Source: an uncultured archaeon
GTDB lineage: Archaea; Aenigmatarchaeota; Aenigmatarchaeia; Aenigmatarchaeales; Aenigmatarchaeaceae
Length of the DNA stretch: 64,000 nt
NCBI GenBank assembly: GCA_964608725.1
Contig: CAZSPB010000003.1
Location: forward strand, 55,645-119,644
Direction: 5' to 3'
Part shown: positions 29,465 through 38,679 of the stretch, piece after piece
Layout: each line of letters starts with the position of its first letter
Numbering within the stretch: position 1 is the first letter of the stretch
Notes under the pieces: model-generated
Told to the model about the DNA's origin: nothing
Database searches by the model: none
What the model saw: the letters and a program-made list of their open reading frames with translations, nothing else
Made by a program: the position numbers and the translations under genes

Positions 29465-30286
29465 TTAAGTTAAAATATTTCTTGTTGTTCTATAAAATTT
29501 GGTTGAAATTATTCTTGAAAGTGGAGTGTAAATTTTAACTAAAGTTGTGAAACCATTAACTTCTTTTAATTTTTTCCAGTAATCTCTTAAGAAAAAGTCA
29601 ACCTTTTCTTTTTCAACACCTTTATCCCCATCAATTTTATCATCTATTAGTTGAGCTATTATTCCAGAGTTATATGCAATTCTTCTCGTTTCTTCCCTTT
29701 TCTCTTCTAAAACATCTGGAAAGCTTTCTACAATATCACAAATTGTAAGTTGAAGAAGACCTCCAGTTTTTACACGTTCTTCATACTTTTTATTCTTATT
29801 CTCATCATTATGCCAAACTTTTATGAAATTTTCAAAATCATCTTTAAAATTACTTTTACTTTCTTCCCAACATGGTAAGGAACTTAACTCTTCTCCCACA
29901 AGCTTAGCTACTTCTATTGCTCCTTTTACACCAAATTCATTAGGCACAAAACCTTCTTCTCCAAGGATGTTTTCACCTATACTTTTTAAAAAATCATACG
30001 GTTTTGAAAGAGGTTTAACAAAATGGCCATCAATTAAATTATCTGCTACTCTTATCAGAAACAAGTAATCTCCACACAAAGATAAAACAGAAGAGTCGTA
30101 ATATTTTCCTCCTTCCATTTTATAATAATAAACTCCAACTATACCTTTTTCAAAACTTCCTGTACAAGCCAAGCTCCTTTTTAAAAAATCTTTCTCTTCT
30201 TTTTCTAAAATTAAATTGTTTATTTTTTCTTTCATAATTTTGAAATTCTTCCAAGATTCTCTTAAACTTTTCAAGAGAGTTTGCAT
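29465..30286 (-). CDS. Hypothetical protein with 'DNLID' and 'DDKID' Asp-rich motifs
   Basis: Two Asp-rich segments loosely resembling DDxxD motifs of isoprenoid synthases. Not enough similarity to assign a family. Confidence 0.25.
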   Translation of the reverse strand: MQTLLKSLRESWKNFKIMKEKINNLILEKEEKDFLKRSLACTGSFEKGIVGVYYYKMEGGKYYDSSVLSLCGDYLFLIRVADNLIDGHFVKPLSKPYDFLKSIGENILGEEGFVPNEFGVKGAIEVAKLVGEELSSLPCWEESKSNFKDDFENFIKVWHNDENKNKKYEERVKTGGLLQLTICDIVESFPDVLEEKREETRRIAYNSGIIAQLIDDKIDGDKGVEKEKVDFFLRDYWKKLKEVNGFTTLVKIYTPLSRIISTKFYRTTRNILT

Positions 30287-30341
30287 ATTTTTCTTTTGAC
30301 ACTAAATTTTAAAAATAGAACTCTTAAAAAGAATTTTACCA

Positions 30342-30896
30342 TTAAGAGTTAGAATTAAAAGATCGTAAATGTTTCAATTTATTCAACTTCCTTATTCTTT
30401 TAGCATATTCGTTCAGCTCTGAATAAAATTTTTGAAGTTTATTTGATTTTTTTGCTTTTAGTTTAACGTATTCTATTCTCTCCCAAGGAGAAGAATGAAC
30501 AATCTCATCTTTACATTCTACTGAAATCTTGCAATCTTCAAATTCATTTACAGGAAAAATGGGAGTTAAAAGTTTATCAAAGGTAGCATCTATCACCCTT
30601 CCTTCTACTTTTAATGCAAGGTGATATTGTTCTGGAAGATTACGAGATAGTTGTTTTAATCTTTCGCTAAGAAATTTTTGTTCTTCCCAATAGAAGGTAT
30701 AAGTTACATACGAAACGTCCAATCCTATTTCTTCATAAAGTTTTCCGAGGTAAAAATGTTTCGAAGTGCAACTACCTCTCCCATATTTTTCAATACTTTC
30801 TATAGCTTTTTGGTAATCTAATGAAGTTCCTGGAATAACTTCAAACGGTAAATCCCTGACTTTAACAAATAATTTTTTAGAGTGAGCTTCTTTCAT
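30342..30896 (-). CDS. Hypothetical protein, possibly transglutaminase-like Cys protease fold
   Basis: 'GRGSCTSKHFYLGKLYEEIG' weakly resembles a transglutaminase-core Cys motif. Confidence 0.2.
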   Translation of the reverse strand: MKEAHSKKLFVKVRDLPFEVIPGTSLDYQKAIESIEKYGRGSCTSKHFYLGKLYEEIGLDVSYVTYTFYWEEQKFLSERLKQLSRNLPEQYHLALKVEGRVIDATFDKLLTPIFPVNEFEDCKISVECKDEIVHSSPWERIEYVKLKAKKSNKLQKFYSELNEYAKRIRKLNKLKHLRSFNSNS

Positions 30897-31546
30897 TCCA
30901 ACACCTTCAAACAGTAAAACCTCAACCTTTCGTCAGAAGGAAAAGAAGGAGAAAAACGAATTTCAAAGTCTTCTCTCTTTAATAAATCTTCCATAGAAAA
31001 TTTTGTGGGAAAGTACCAATAACGACCATCGTAAAGTATACTATTCTTAACTTTATACTTTTCACATCTCTTAAATCGTGGAGGATAAAGAAGATTTTGG
31101 ATACATATATAAAGAACACCATTGGGTTTTAATACTCTCCAAAATTCATTTATTGCTTTCGCTTTTTCTTTATGGGGAAGATGTACAAGTGATGCGATAG
31201 ATAGAACACCATCAAAAAAATTATCGGGAAATGGCAATTTCCTTATATCAGCTTTGATAAGACTCGTATTTTTAAGTTTATTTTTTGCTAAATTTAACAT
31301 ACCTTCTGATAAATCGACTCCATAAAGTTCTGCAGAAAGATTCTCAAGATAAGCTAGATCTCTTCCTGTCCCACATCCTGCATCTAGAATCTTAGGTTTC
31401 TCTGATTCTGTTAGTTGGTAAAATGCATACAAATAAGGTTTTTCACTTTCACTCAATTCACCGTATTTTTTCTCATACTTTTTCGCTATTTTATCGTAAG
31501 TTTCTATTGTGAAAACTATTTCTCTCATATCTAATTTAAGAAACAA
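30893..31546 (-). CDS. Class I SAM-dependent methyltransferase
   Basis: Motif I 'ILDAGCGTGRD' and a downstream acidic motif. Confidence 0.6.
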   Translation of the reverse strand: MFLKLDMREIVFTIETYDKIAKKYEKKYGELSESEKPYLYAFYQLTESEKPKILDAGCGTGRDLAYLENLSAELYGVDLSEGMLNLAKNKLKNTSLIKADIRKLPFPDNFFDGVLSIASLVHLPHKEKAKAINEFWRVLKPNGVLYICIQNLLYPPRFKRCEKYKVKNSILYDGRYWYFPTKFSMEDLLKREDFEIRFSPSFPSDERLRFYCLKVLE

Positions 31547-31578
31547 ATTTTTATATTTATTCTGAATGAAAAACTTAT

Positions 31579-32226
31579 ATGAGGCTTACTAAAAAAGCTT
31601 GGAATAAAACATTTAAACAGCATGGCAAATTCTTTATAAAACCACAAGAAGATATACCAAAACTAGCTAGAGAATGGAAAAAAAAGAAAGTAAAAAGAAT
31701 TTTAGATTTGGGTTGTGGTTCTGGAAGGCATGTAGTTTATTTCGCAAAAAAGGGTTTTGAAGTTTATGGAATAGATATTGCCGAAGAAGGGATAAAAATT
31801 GCTAAGAAGTGGTTAAAGGAAAAGGAGTTAAAAGCTAAATTAAGAGTTGGCGATATTTACAAAAAACTTCCTTACAAAAGCAATTTTTTCGATGCAATAA
31901 TTTGTATAAGGACTTTGAATCATGGAAAAATTGAATGGATAAGAAAAACTATAAAGGAAATTTGGAGAGTTTTGCGACCATCTGGTTATCTTTTTGTAAC
32001 TGTTCATAAACATATGGGCAAGAAACATATACCAAAAGATAAACTTTATGGAATAAAATGGATTGCCCCAAGAACTTACATAATTTTAGGGGGGCCTGAC
32101 AAAGGAATTCCTCATTATCGTTTTAATAAACAGATTTTGATAAAAGAGTTTAAACCTTTCTTTAAAATAAAAAATATTTGGATTGATTCTGAACACTATT
32201 ATTGTTTATTGGGCATCAAAAAATGA
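31579..32226 (+). CDS. Class I SAM-dependent methyltransferase
   Basis: Motif I 'ILDLGCGSGRH' and 'VYGIDIAEE'. Confidence 0.6.
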   Translation: MRLTKKAWNKTFKQHGKFFIKPQEDIPKLAREWKKKKVKRILDLGCGSGRHVVYFAKKGFEVYGIDIAEEGIKIAKKWLKEKELKAKLRVGDIYKKLPYKSNFFDAIICIRTLNHGKIEWIRKTIKEIWRVLRPSGYLFVTVHKHMGKKHIPKDKLYGIKWIAPRTYIILGGPDKGIPHYRFNKQILIKEFKPFFKIKNIWIDSEHYYCLLGIKK

Positions 32227-33032
32227 TAACAGACTTCAATTGGCTAAAAAATCAAACGGATGAAGATGGAGTAAAAACTCTAGAATTATTAGAGAAAAAA
32301 TATTTTGAAATATATGAAAAAGGGAAAATATCTAAAAATAAGAGTTTATTTTCCCTTAAGTTGGGTGATTACAATTTATGGTTAAGAGAATGTAGCTTTC
32401 ACTCTTCTCTGGACATGTATGTTGATATATTTAAAAATAACAGGCATTTCCTATTGCCAGATTTTTATGAAAATTCTAAAACAGTGATAGATTGTGGTGC
32501 TCATGAAGGTTATTACACTTTGAGAGTCAAGAAAGAATGTCCTCAAGCTAAAATTATTGCTGTAGAGCCCAATTCATTAAATTTTGAAATTTTGTTAAGA
32601 AATGTTAAGTATAATAAATTGAGCGATGTATGTTGTATAAACAAAGCTCTATATGTAGAGCGCAAAACGATTCCATTCTATTTTGTGGAATATGTAGGAT
32701 CAGTGGGTGGTGTAGATCCATCACTACTAAAAAACCTTCATTCTTGGATAAAAGGAGAAATAAAGGAAACAGATATAGAAACTATAACTCTCCCAGAAGT
32801 ATTAGGTTCAATGAAGGTTGATATTCTTAAATTAGATATACAAGGAGTAGAACTAGCAGTATTAGAAAAAGAAAGAGATCTCATAAAAAGTAATGTAAAA
32901 AGAATAATCGTAGAATACCATAAAAAATATGAACGAGATAAGCTTATAAACCTTTTAGAGTCGATAGATTTTGAATTATGTTTAGAAGAAAAAAACAAAT
33001 TCCCTGCTGATTTATATTTCATTAAAAAGTGA
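32202..33032 (+). CDS. FkbM-family methyltransferase
   Basis: 'VIDCGAHEGYYTL' FkbM motif. Confidence 0.5.
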   Translation: MFIGHQKMITDFNWLKNQTDEDGVKTLELLEKKYFEIYEKGKISKNKSLFSLKLGDYNLWLRECSFHSSLDMYVDIFKNNRHFLLPDFYENSKTVIDCGAHEGYYTLRVKKECPQAKIIAVEPNSLNFEILLRNVKYNKLSDVCCINKALYVERKTIPFYFVEYVGSVGGVDPSLLKNLHSWIKGEIKETDIETITLPEVLGSMKVDILKLDIQGVELAVLEKERDLIKSNVKRIIVEYHKKYERDKLINLLESIDFELCLEEKNKFPADLYFIKK

Positions 33033-33503
33033 ATTTCTGTTATAGGTGTTTAGTTTGTGTACTTTACTATTAATAAAATAAAAAACTTCTTTTTCTTTAG
33101 TAAGAAGACCTACAAACTTAACATTTTTATAAGAGGAAAAAATTTTTGCTGCATAATATCGAGTTCCTCTTTTCTCGTTAGGCTTAATCTTTGATTTTTT
33201 TATTAATAGCATCCTACAAATACCTATAAAATGTAACTTTCTGTTAAGAAGATGAAAACCATCATGAAATTCTTTACTTGTTGAAAAGTTTATTAGAGTT
33301 TTAGCAACTGTATCCGTAGTTTTGGGCAAAGAATTTACTTTACGTAGCAATTTTGGTTCTTTTGAAGGTCTTAAAGGAAGGGTTTTTTCTAACAAACTTT
33401 TTGTTGTTATTGAAAAGCCTAATCCATAAAATTTTTTTGAGTAAATGTTAGAAAAGTATATACACTTTTCAAGTATTTCTCTTCCTATCATCTCTACTCC
33501 CAT
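33012..33503 (-). CDS. Hypothetical protein
   Basis: 163-aa ORF. Confidence 0.25.
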   Translation of the reverse strand: MGVEMIGREILEKCIYFSNIYSKKFYGLGFSITTKSLLEKTLPLRPSKEPKLLRKVNSLPKTTDTVAKTLINFSTSKEFHDGFHLLNRKLHFIGICRMLLIKKSKIKPNEKRGTRYYAAKIFSSYKNVKFVGLLTKEKEVFYFINSKVHKLNTYNRNSLFNEI

Positions 33504-34069
33504 TTTGCTAACACCTCTTTCACTCTAAAATGAAACTCCTCTAATTTCTTAGGCCTGGGTAATTTTTTCCTACCTTTAGGTTGAATAAAGATTCTGATGA
33601 AAATCGGGCCTTTTTTCTTAAACGCTAATTCAAACTTTTTTACAAATTCTTTTTTATTTTTAATAACCCAGTAAACTCTATAGCCTGCTATCTTCGCTAC
33701 TTTTTCCAACTTTATGTGGGATGAATACGTCTTCATACCTCCACTCGAGTAATAAACCCCATTATCTAAAAGTATATGGATCAGATTTGGAGGTTTTTTA
33801 TTGCCTATAGTACATATTCCTCCAAAATTCATTAGAAAACTACCATCACCATCTATACTGATAATTTTAACTTTCGGTTTAGAAAGGGCCATACCAAGGC
33901 CTATTGAACTTGCTAACCCCATTGAACCTGCCATATAGAAATGCTTCTCATATCCTCCTATTTCTACTCCTTCACGTCCTATCAAACCAGTTGGCGTTAT
34001 AACTATTGCTTTTCTTTTTTTAATTTTTCTGAAAATAATTTCTAGAACTTCTCTTCGACTCAACATCAA
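33494..34069 (-). CDS. TPP-dependent decarboxylase beta subunit (sulfopyruvate/phosphonopyruvate decarboxylase ComE/Ppd-like; TPP-binding C-terminal domain)
   Basis: 'GSMGLASSIGLGMALS...IDGDGSFLMN' TPP-binding GDG-x(n)-N motif. Confidence 0.6.
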   Translation of the reverse strand: MMLSRREVLEIIFRKIKKRKAIVITPTGLIGREGVEIGGYEKHFYMAGSMGLASSIGLGMALSKPKVKIISIDGDGSFLMNFGGICTIGNKKPPNLIHILLDNGVYYSSGGMKTYSSHIKLEKVAKIAGYRVYWVIKNKKEFVKKFELAFKKKGPIFIRIFIQPKGRKKLPRPKKLEEFHFRVKEVLAKWE

Positions 34070-34683
34070 AATACGCCTCGTTTAACTATAAGAGCTACAC
34101 TCTTATTTTTTTCAAGAATTTTACTAGCCTTTAAAATAAGATTCCTTATGTTATGTTGAAATATGATGAAATATTTTATTTTTAAAAGGGAAAGTATAGG
34201 AAGAGTAATTTTACCATCAATTAAATGATGGGTAGCATCTTCTCCAGGACAACCTCTCCAAGTTATTAAGAATGTGACTGGAATCTTGTAAGTAAGAAGT
34301 AATGAAGATATGTTATGGATAGAATTTAAAAAACCCGAATTTTGCATATATATAACCGCCTTCCTTCCCCCTATTACAGCTCCTGCAGCAATTCCTATTG
34401 CTTCACTCTCCCTTACAGCTGGAACATGAAGAATTTCTCTACGTTTTTCAATTTCTTTGATAATATATTTTTGTACTGCACATGGTACACCCGTTGCAAA
34501 ATTTATACCTACTTCTAATAACACTTCCACTAATTCTTTTGCCCTCTCTTTTCTAATATCCTCTGATAAATGTTTGTAAGTATTGGCCCCCAATTTTTTC
34601 ACCCTTAAATCTTGTGTACCACAATCCACGATAATTCTCCCATAATCTTGGTCTAAGGTTTGTATCTTCAAAAATTTCTTCAA
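34066..34683 (-). CDS. TPP-dependent decarboxylase alpha subunit (ComD/Ppd-like; pyrimidine-binding N-terminal domain)
   Basis: 'GVPCAV...RESEAIGIAAGAVIGG...MQNSG' TPP_enzyme_N pattern. The true start is probably downstream of 34683 because of the overlap with the radical SAM gene. Confidence 0.55.
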   Translation of the reverse strand: MKKFLKIQTLDQDYGRIIVDCGTQDLRVKKLGANTYKHLSEDIRKERAKELVEVLLEVGINFATGVPCAVQKYIIKEIEKRREILHVPAVRESEAIGIAAGAVIGGRKAVIYMQNSGFLNSIHNISSLLLTYKIPVTFLITWRGCPGEDATHHLIDGKITLPILSLLKIKYFIIFQHNIRNLILKASKILEKNKSVALIVKRGVF

Positions 34684-35647
34684 AAATTTTTCTTGCTTTT
34701 AAAAAATAGTCCAATTTCCTAGCTTCTGAACATCTCAAAACTTCATGAGAAGGGTGATACACTTGAAACAAATTTATTACAGGAAATCTTGTTAACAACT
34801 TTTTAAATTTTTGAAAAGCATAAGAAACGTTAGAAAGAGGATCTAAACCAAGTATATAAAGCAATGAAATCTCAAAATTATATTTTTGTAAGCGATGAAA
34901 AAATTTTATAATTTTTTCTATATGAAAGGGGGAAAAACTTTTTCTTTTATCAAGAAATTTATCTTGTTTTAAAGTTTCTAGTGTAAAATAATACGAAAAT
35001 TTTGGAATAATAGCTGAAATTTTCTTTAAACTTTGTTCACTCTTTAGTTGAGCTCCTATATATTTTATTTCTCCTGAAAAATTAAGCAGTGTAGCAGCAT
35101 TATGAATTGCAATTAAATGTTCAACTAGCTCCTTTTCATTTTTGAATAATCCTGTATTAAGGCAAATTTCTTCTAACTCTGAAAACTTTACTTTAGCAAA
35201 AGTTTCAATTTCTTCAAACCAATTTAAAAGCTCTTCAAATTTTAAAATTTTTCTATGAGCCCTTGGTGTTTGATAACGAGTACCACAAAATTTACATTTT
35301 CCTATGCAATTACTTCTTTCATTAGTATTTAACACAAGAACTCTTTTCTTTTTCCTAAAGTAACATAATTCGGCTACATCATTTTCCATTTTTTTTAAAT
35401 TACCTATTACTTCTCCATTTAAATGAACTTTTGAATTAGCTAAGTAAAATGGGGTGTGTGTAGTATTTAGGCATATCATAAGATAAAATGTTTTGTTTGT
35501 GAGTTTTGGAGAAAAATATGATCTTATTCTAAAAAACTGTAAAGGACTTTTGGCACCCCATGTATTTAGTGCAATTAAACATATATCAGTAGTAGGAATC
35601 TCATAATCTTGTGAATAAGTATAAATACTCTTTACATTTCTTAACAT
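34553..35647 (-). CDS. Radical SAM enzyme
   Basis: 'CIGKCKFCG' CxxxCxxC motif about 110 aa from the N-terminus. Confidence 0.5.
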   Translation of the reverse strand: MLRNVKSIYTYSQDYEIPTTDICLIALNTWGAKSPLQFFRIRSYFSPKLTNKTFYLMICLNTTHTPFYLANSKVHLNGEVIGNLKKMENDVAELCYFRKKKRVLVLNTNERSNCIGKCKFCGTRYQTPRAHRKILKFEELLNWFEEIETFAKVKFSELEEICLNTGLFKNEKELVEHLIAIHNAATLLNFSGEIKYIGAQLKSEQSLKKISAIIPKFSYYFTLETLKQDKFLDKRKSFSPFHIEKIIKFFHRLQKYNFEISLLYILGLDPLSNVSYAFQKFKKLLTRFPVINLFQVYHPSHEVLRCSEARKLDYFLKARKIFEEIFEDTNLRPRLWENYRGLWYTRFKGEKIGGQYLQTFIRGY

Positions 35648-35707
35648 ATTAAAATTAAAAATTACAGATTTTTATTTTTTTCTACTTAGAAAGAGTAAAT
35701 AATTAAG

Positions 35708-35898
35708 CGCCGAGGGCAGGATTTGAACCTGCGAGCCCCAAAGGGGCACCAGATAACTTACATCATTCCGCCTATCACTCCACATTTGCCGCCTTTCAGA
35801 GTCAAGCCATCATTTCATCTGTCTCAAGTATCGCTATCATCTCGAAATCAAAACTTGAGATGATTCTGGCGCGTTAAACCTGGCTCCGCCACCTCGGC
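35708..35898 (-). tRNA. Type-II tRNA (Ser/Leu class) with ~105 nt of intervening sequence in the anticodon region
   Basis: Reverse complement: acceptor GCCGAGG/CCUCGGC, Ser-like D-arm 'UGGCGGAGCCAGGUUUAACGC', anticodon-stem candidates CCAGA...UCUGG, variable-arm hairpin CCCC-UUU-GGGG, T-arm GCAGG-UUCAAAU-CCUGC. Confidence 0.55.
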
Positions 35899-35948
35899 GT
35901 AATTTAAATTAATATCTAAGAATTTTTAAATTTTACAGCACTTTATAA

Positions 35949-36095
35949 TCATTTCTTTGCTAGCTTTTTTCTCTTAATGTACTGCCAAATCTTCTTAGTC
36001 ATTTGAGCTGGAGATAAAGGTTTCTTTCCAACTATCTTAGCTAAATTTTCATCTGGTATTATCACATAACCTCCAAAAGGTTTTCTTTTGGCCAT
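35949..36095 (-). CDS. Small basic protein (48 aa)
   Basis: Unlisted small ORF 'MAKRKPFGGYVIIPDENLAKIVGKKPLSPAQMTKKIWQYIKRKKLAKK'; the 'KKIWQYIK' stretch weakly resembles a SWIB-like helix. Confidence 0.25.
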   Translation of the reverse strand: MAKRKPFGGYVIIPDENLAKIVGKKPLSPAQMTKKIWQYIKRKKLAKK

Positions 36096-36108
36096 TTTCT
36101 CACTTTTC

Positions 36109-36930
36109 TTATTTACTTTTCCCCCTATTTAATTGTGATTTTAAATGAAGAATATAAATTCCTCTCAAATTTTTAAACAAATCAGGAAAATCTGGGAAGA
36201 GTTCATTTATAGTTTCTTCTAAAATTTCTGCTTCAAAATAATATTCTTTTTCTCTAGCTACTCTCCTAACATCATTCAAATTCCACTTTTCAGACAATTT
36301 TCTGCCCATGAAATCGGATATAGTTGAAGTTATAGCTGTGAAAAAGTGAGAACATTCTTCAGGTGTCATTTTAATTAAATTCTTTTTAGTAAAGTTCCAC
36401 TTTCTCTTCACAGCTTTTAAAAGATTATTTTTGAAAATTTCATCAAAACTTTTTCTTGGATAGTCTATTTTTTCTCTAATAAATTTTTTTCCAAACTTTC
36501 CTATACCTTCAATATGAGCTCTCCAACAATTGAAGTAATACCAGTACTTATCACCTTCTCTAACATCACCTCTCAAATAAAAAGCATTAAAGTATTTTAA
36601 TAGTTTTTCATCTTCAGAAAAAACTTTAGGATTCAGGTTTCCATGAACATAGTGAGTTATCTCTTCTTCTAAAGAATAAGCAACATACTCTTCAATTTTT
36701 GGTTTTGGTTCAGGAAACTTTTTCTTAAGTTTTTTAAACTCATTATTAACATCTAAAACACCAACTTCTATAACATTTTCTCTAGGATTGTAAGAAAATG
36801 GTGAGAAACTTCTTGTTTTAATTTCAAATTTAGGAAGAGAAGTATCAAAATCCAAAAGATTACAAGCTTCCTCATGTATAACTTCAGAGTATTTATTTAT
36901 AGCTTTAGTTACAGCTTTCTTGAGCTTCAT
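36109..36930 (-). CDS. Hypothetical protein
   Basis: 273-aa ORF. Confidence 0.3.
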   Translation of the reverse strand: MKLKKAVTKAINKYSEVIHEEACNLLDFDTSLPKFEIKTRSFSPFSYNPRENVIEVGVLDVNNEFKKLKKKFPEPKPKIEEYVAYSLEEEITHYVHGNLNPKVFSEDEKLLKYFNAFYLRGDVREGDKYWYYFNCWRAHIEGIGKFGKKFIREKIDYPRKSFDEIFKNNLLKAVKRKWNFTKKNLIKMTPEECSHFFTAITSTISDFMGRKLSEKWNLNDVRRVAREKEYYFEAEILEETINELFPDFPDLFKNLRGIYILHLKSQLNRGKSK

Positions 36931-36961
36931 GTGAATTAAAAAGAGATAAAATTTTAAATTC

Positions 36962-37417
36962 TTAAGCTCTTTTCACTATAACATTTAAAGTTTTCTCTGC
37001 AAGCTTAGTGTTATTGTAATAAAGCTCTATTTTTATAGTGTATGGAGAGTATGGTTGATTACCCATTATCTTACCAAAAACTTTAAATTGAATTATATCT
37101 GAAGAACCCATGTCTATCAAAGTTCTAGTTGTTATTTCCTCTATTCTTTCATTAGTGTAAACTGAGATAGGATAAGCATAATCTGGATCTGAAGGTATGA
37201 ATTTTATGGTAAAGTTTGTAGGAATGTTTTTATTATCCATTTTTTTAATTGTTAAGGTAACTATTTCATTTGACTTTTCACCGTTTAAAGTTTCTATAGA
37301 ATCTTTATTCATTTCAAAGGATATTCCTGGTGTATACTTCCTTTCTTTAAAGAAATAGTAAAAAGAAAAAGCTATTATTAACAAAAAGATGAAAAGAAAA
37401 ATAACTTTCAATTTCAT
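36962..37417 (-). CDS. Secreted/membrane-anchored hypothetical protein
   Basis: N-terminal TM 'IFLFIFLLIIAFSFYYFF'. Confidence 0.3.
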   Translation of the reverse strand: MKLKVIFLFIFLLIIAFSFYYFFKERKYTPGISFEMNKDSIETLNGEKSNEIVTLTIKKMDNKNIPTNFTIKFIPSDPDYAYPISVYTNERIEEITTRTLIDMGSSDIIQFKVFGKIMGNQPYSPYTIKIELYYNNTKLAEKTLNVIVKRA

Positions 37418-37465
37418 AAAATCATTTACGTTTAACTTATTAAAATATTTAAGGTAAATCTTATT

Positions 37466-37714
37466 ATGTTAAAAGATGTTTTAATTTGCATTTTACTTTT
37501 TGTTGGAATAATTTATTCAATACTCTTATCTTTTTTAGTTGGTCTTTACATAAGCTTCATTTTGATTTTGATAACTATTGGATTTGCTTCAACAATTTAT
37601 TTGTTAGATAAGAAATTTGATTACAAAATTATCTTTTACGTTTGGATAGCTATAATAGTAACAGCTATTTCAACTTTAATGGTCGCTAAAGCTTTTCAGA
37701 TGTTAAATCTTTAA
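37466..37714 (+). CDS. Small membrane protein
   Basis: 82 aa with three hydrophobic segments. Confidence 0.25.
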   Translation: MLKDVLICILLFVGIIYSILLSFLVGLYISFILILITIGFASTIYLLDKKFDYKIIFYVWIAIIVTAISTLMVAKAFQMLNL

Positions 37715-38072
37715 GTTCGTACAATGGCTTAGAATCAACTTTAATCTCTCTTTCTTCAAATATTCTTGAAATTGCTCTAGAAAGCTCTGCTTCACTCAAC
37801 TCACTTCTCAACTTTCTAATTTCTCCTGAAAGCTTGTTCTCCAACTCAAATCTTAAAGAATCTATTTTACTATCTAACTCATCTATCTTCTTTTCACTTT
37901 TTTCAAACCTTTTTATCAAGGCATCAACTAGCTCGTTTGAGATTTTCTTTTTCAATTTTATAGCATCCTCTTCATACTCGCTAATACTTTTTCTTAATAC
38001 TTCAATTTGAGATTTTAAGCTTTCAAGTTGTCTTTCAATAAACTTTTCAAATTCTTCGCTCATCACTTTCAC
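37686..38072 (-). CDS. Coiled-coil protein
   Basis: Heptad-rich E/K/L sequence. Confidence 0.3.
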   Translation of the reverse strand: MKVMSEEFEKFIERQLESLKSQIEVLRKSISEYEEDAIKLKKKISNELVDALIKRFEKSEKKIDELDSKIDSLRFELENKLSGEIRKLRSELSEAELSRAISRIFEEREIKVDSKPLYELKDLTSEKL

Positions 38073-38313
38073 TTTGAAGAGCTTTCAACAAAGTTTTATC
38101 AACTCTACTTTTCATTTTCAATGAATTCACTATGAACTCAAGATCTTTAACTTTCTTCTCTATCTCTTTCAAAGGTTCTTCAGACTTAGAACTTTTTAAC
38201 TTCTCTATTTCATCTTTTAGAGATCGAATATCCTTCTCCAAGTTTTTGAACTTCTTGTTAATGAATGTAACTAGTTGATTCAGAAACGCATTTAGCTCTA
38301 TTTTTTCTTCCAT
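38047..38313 (-). CDS. Coiled-coil protein
   Basis: Heptad-rich sequence; overlaps the downstream coiled-coil gene. Confidence 0.3.
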   Translation of the reverse strand: MEEKIELNAFLNQLVTFINKKFKNLEKDIRSLKDEIEKLKSSKSEEPLKEIEKKVKDLEFIVNSLKMKSRVDKTLLKALQSESDERRI

Positions 38314-38418
38314 AACTCTTAGATAGAAGCTAAATTTTAAATACTTATTCCTTTCGAAAATTCAACATTTGTCTAACAATAAGAAAAAATTGAAATTTCT
38401 TTTTCAAAAAATAAAATT

Positions 38419-38679
38419 ATGAGCCAAATTTACATAATTCACTTCAATCTGAAAGATTTGATTTCAGGAAAAACCCTGCATAAAAGTAAAATAGCAAAGA
38501 GTGATAAAGAAAGAGAAGAAATTTTAAAAAACTATATAAGAGAAGAAAATGGAAAAATAAAGTATGTTTCTAAGTATGATCAAGTTAGTGGGATGTATGT
38601 TACACCAGTGAGAGAAGATATTTACATGATGGAAAATGGGAGACTAATATTCTTAACTACAAGAAAACTTTTACTTTAA
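38419..38679 (+). CDS. Hypothetical protein
   Basis: 86-aa ORF. Confidence 0.25.
   Translation: MSQIYIIHFNLKDLISGKTLHKSKIAKSDKEREEILKNYIREENGKIKYVSKYDQVSGMYVTPVREDIYMMENGRLIFLTTRKLLL

Noticed and set aside
29465-30286. Polyprenyl synthase/terpene synthase call from 'DNLID' and 'DDKID'
   Set aside because: Only the second segment fits DDxxD. The conserved flanking residues of trans-prenyltransferases (for example GKxxR, the FQxxDD context) were not recognised, so the ORF is left as hypothetical.
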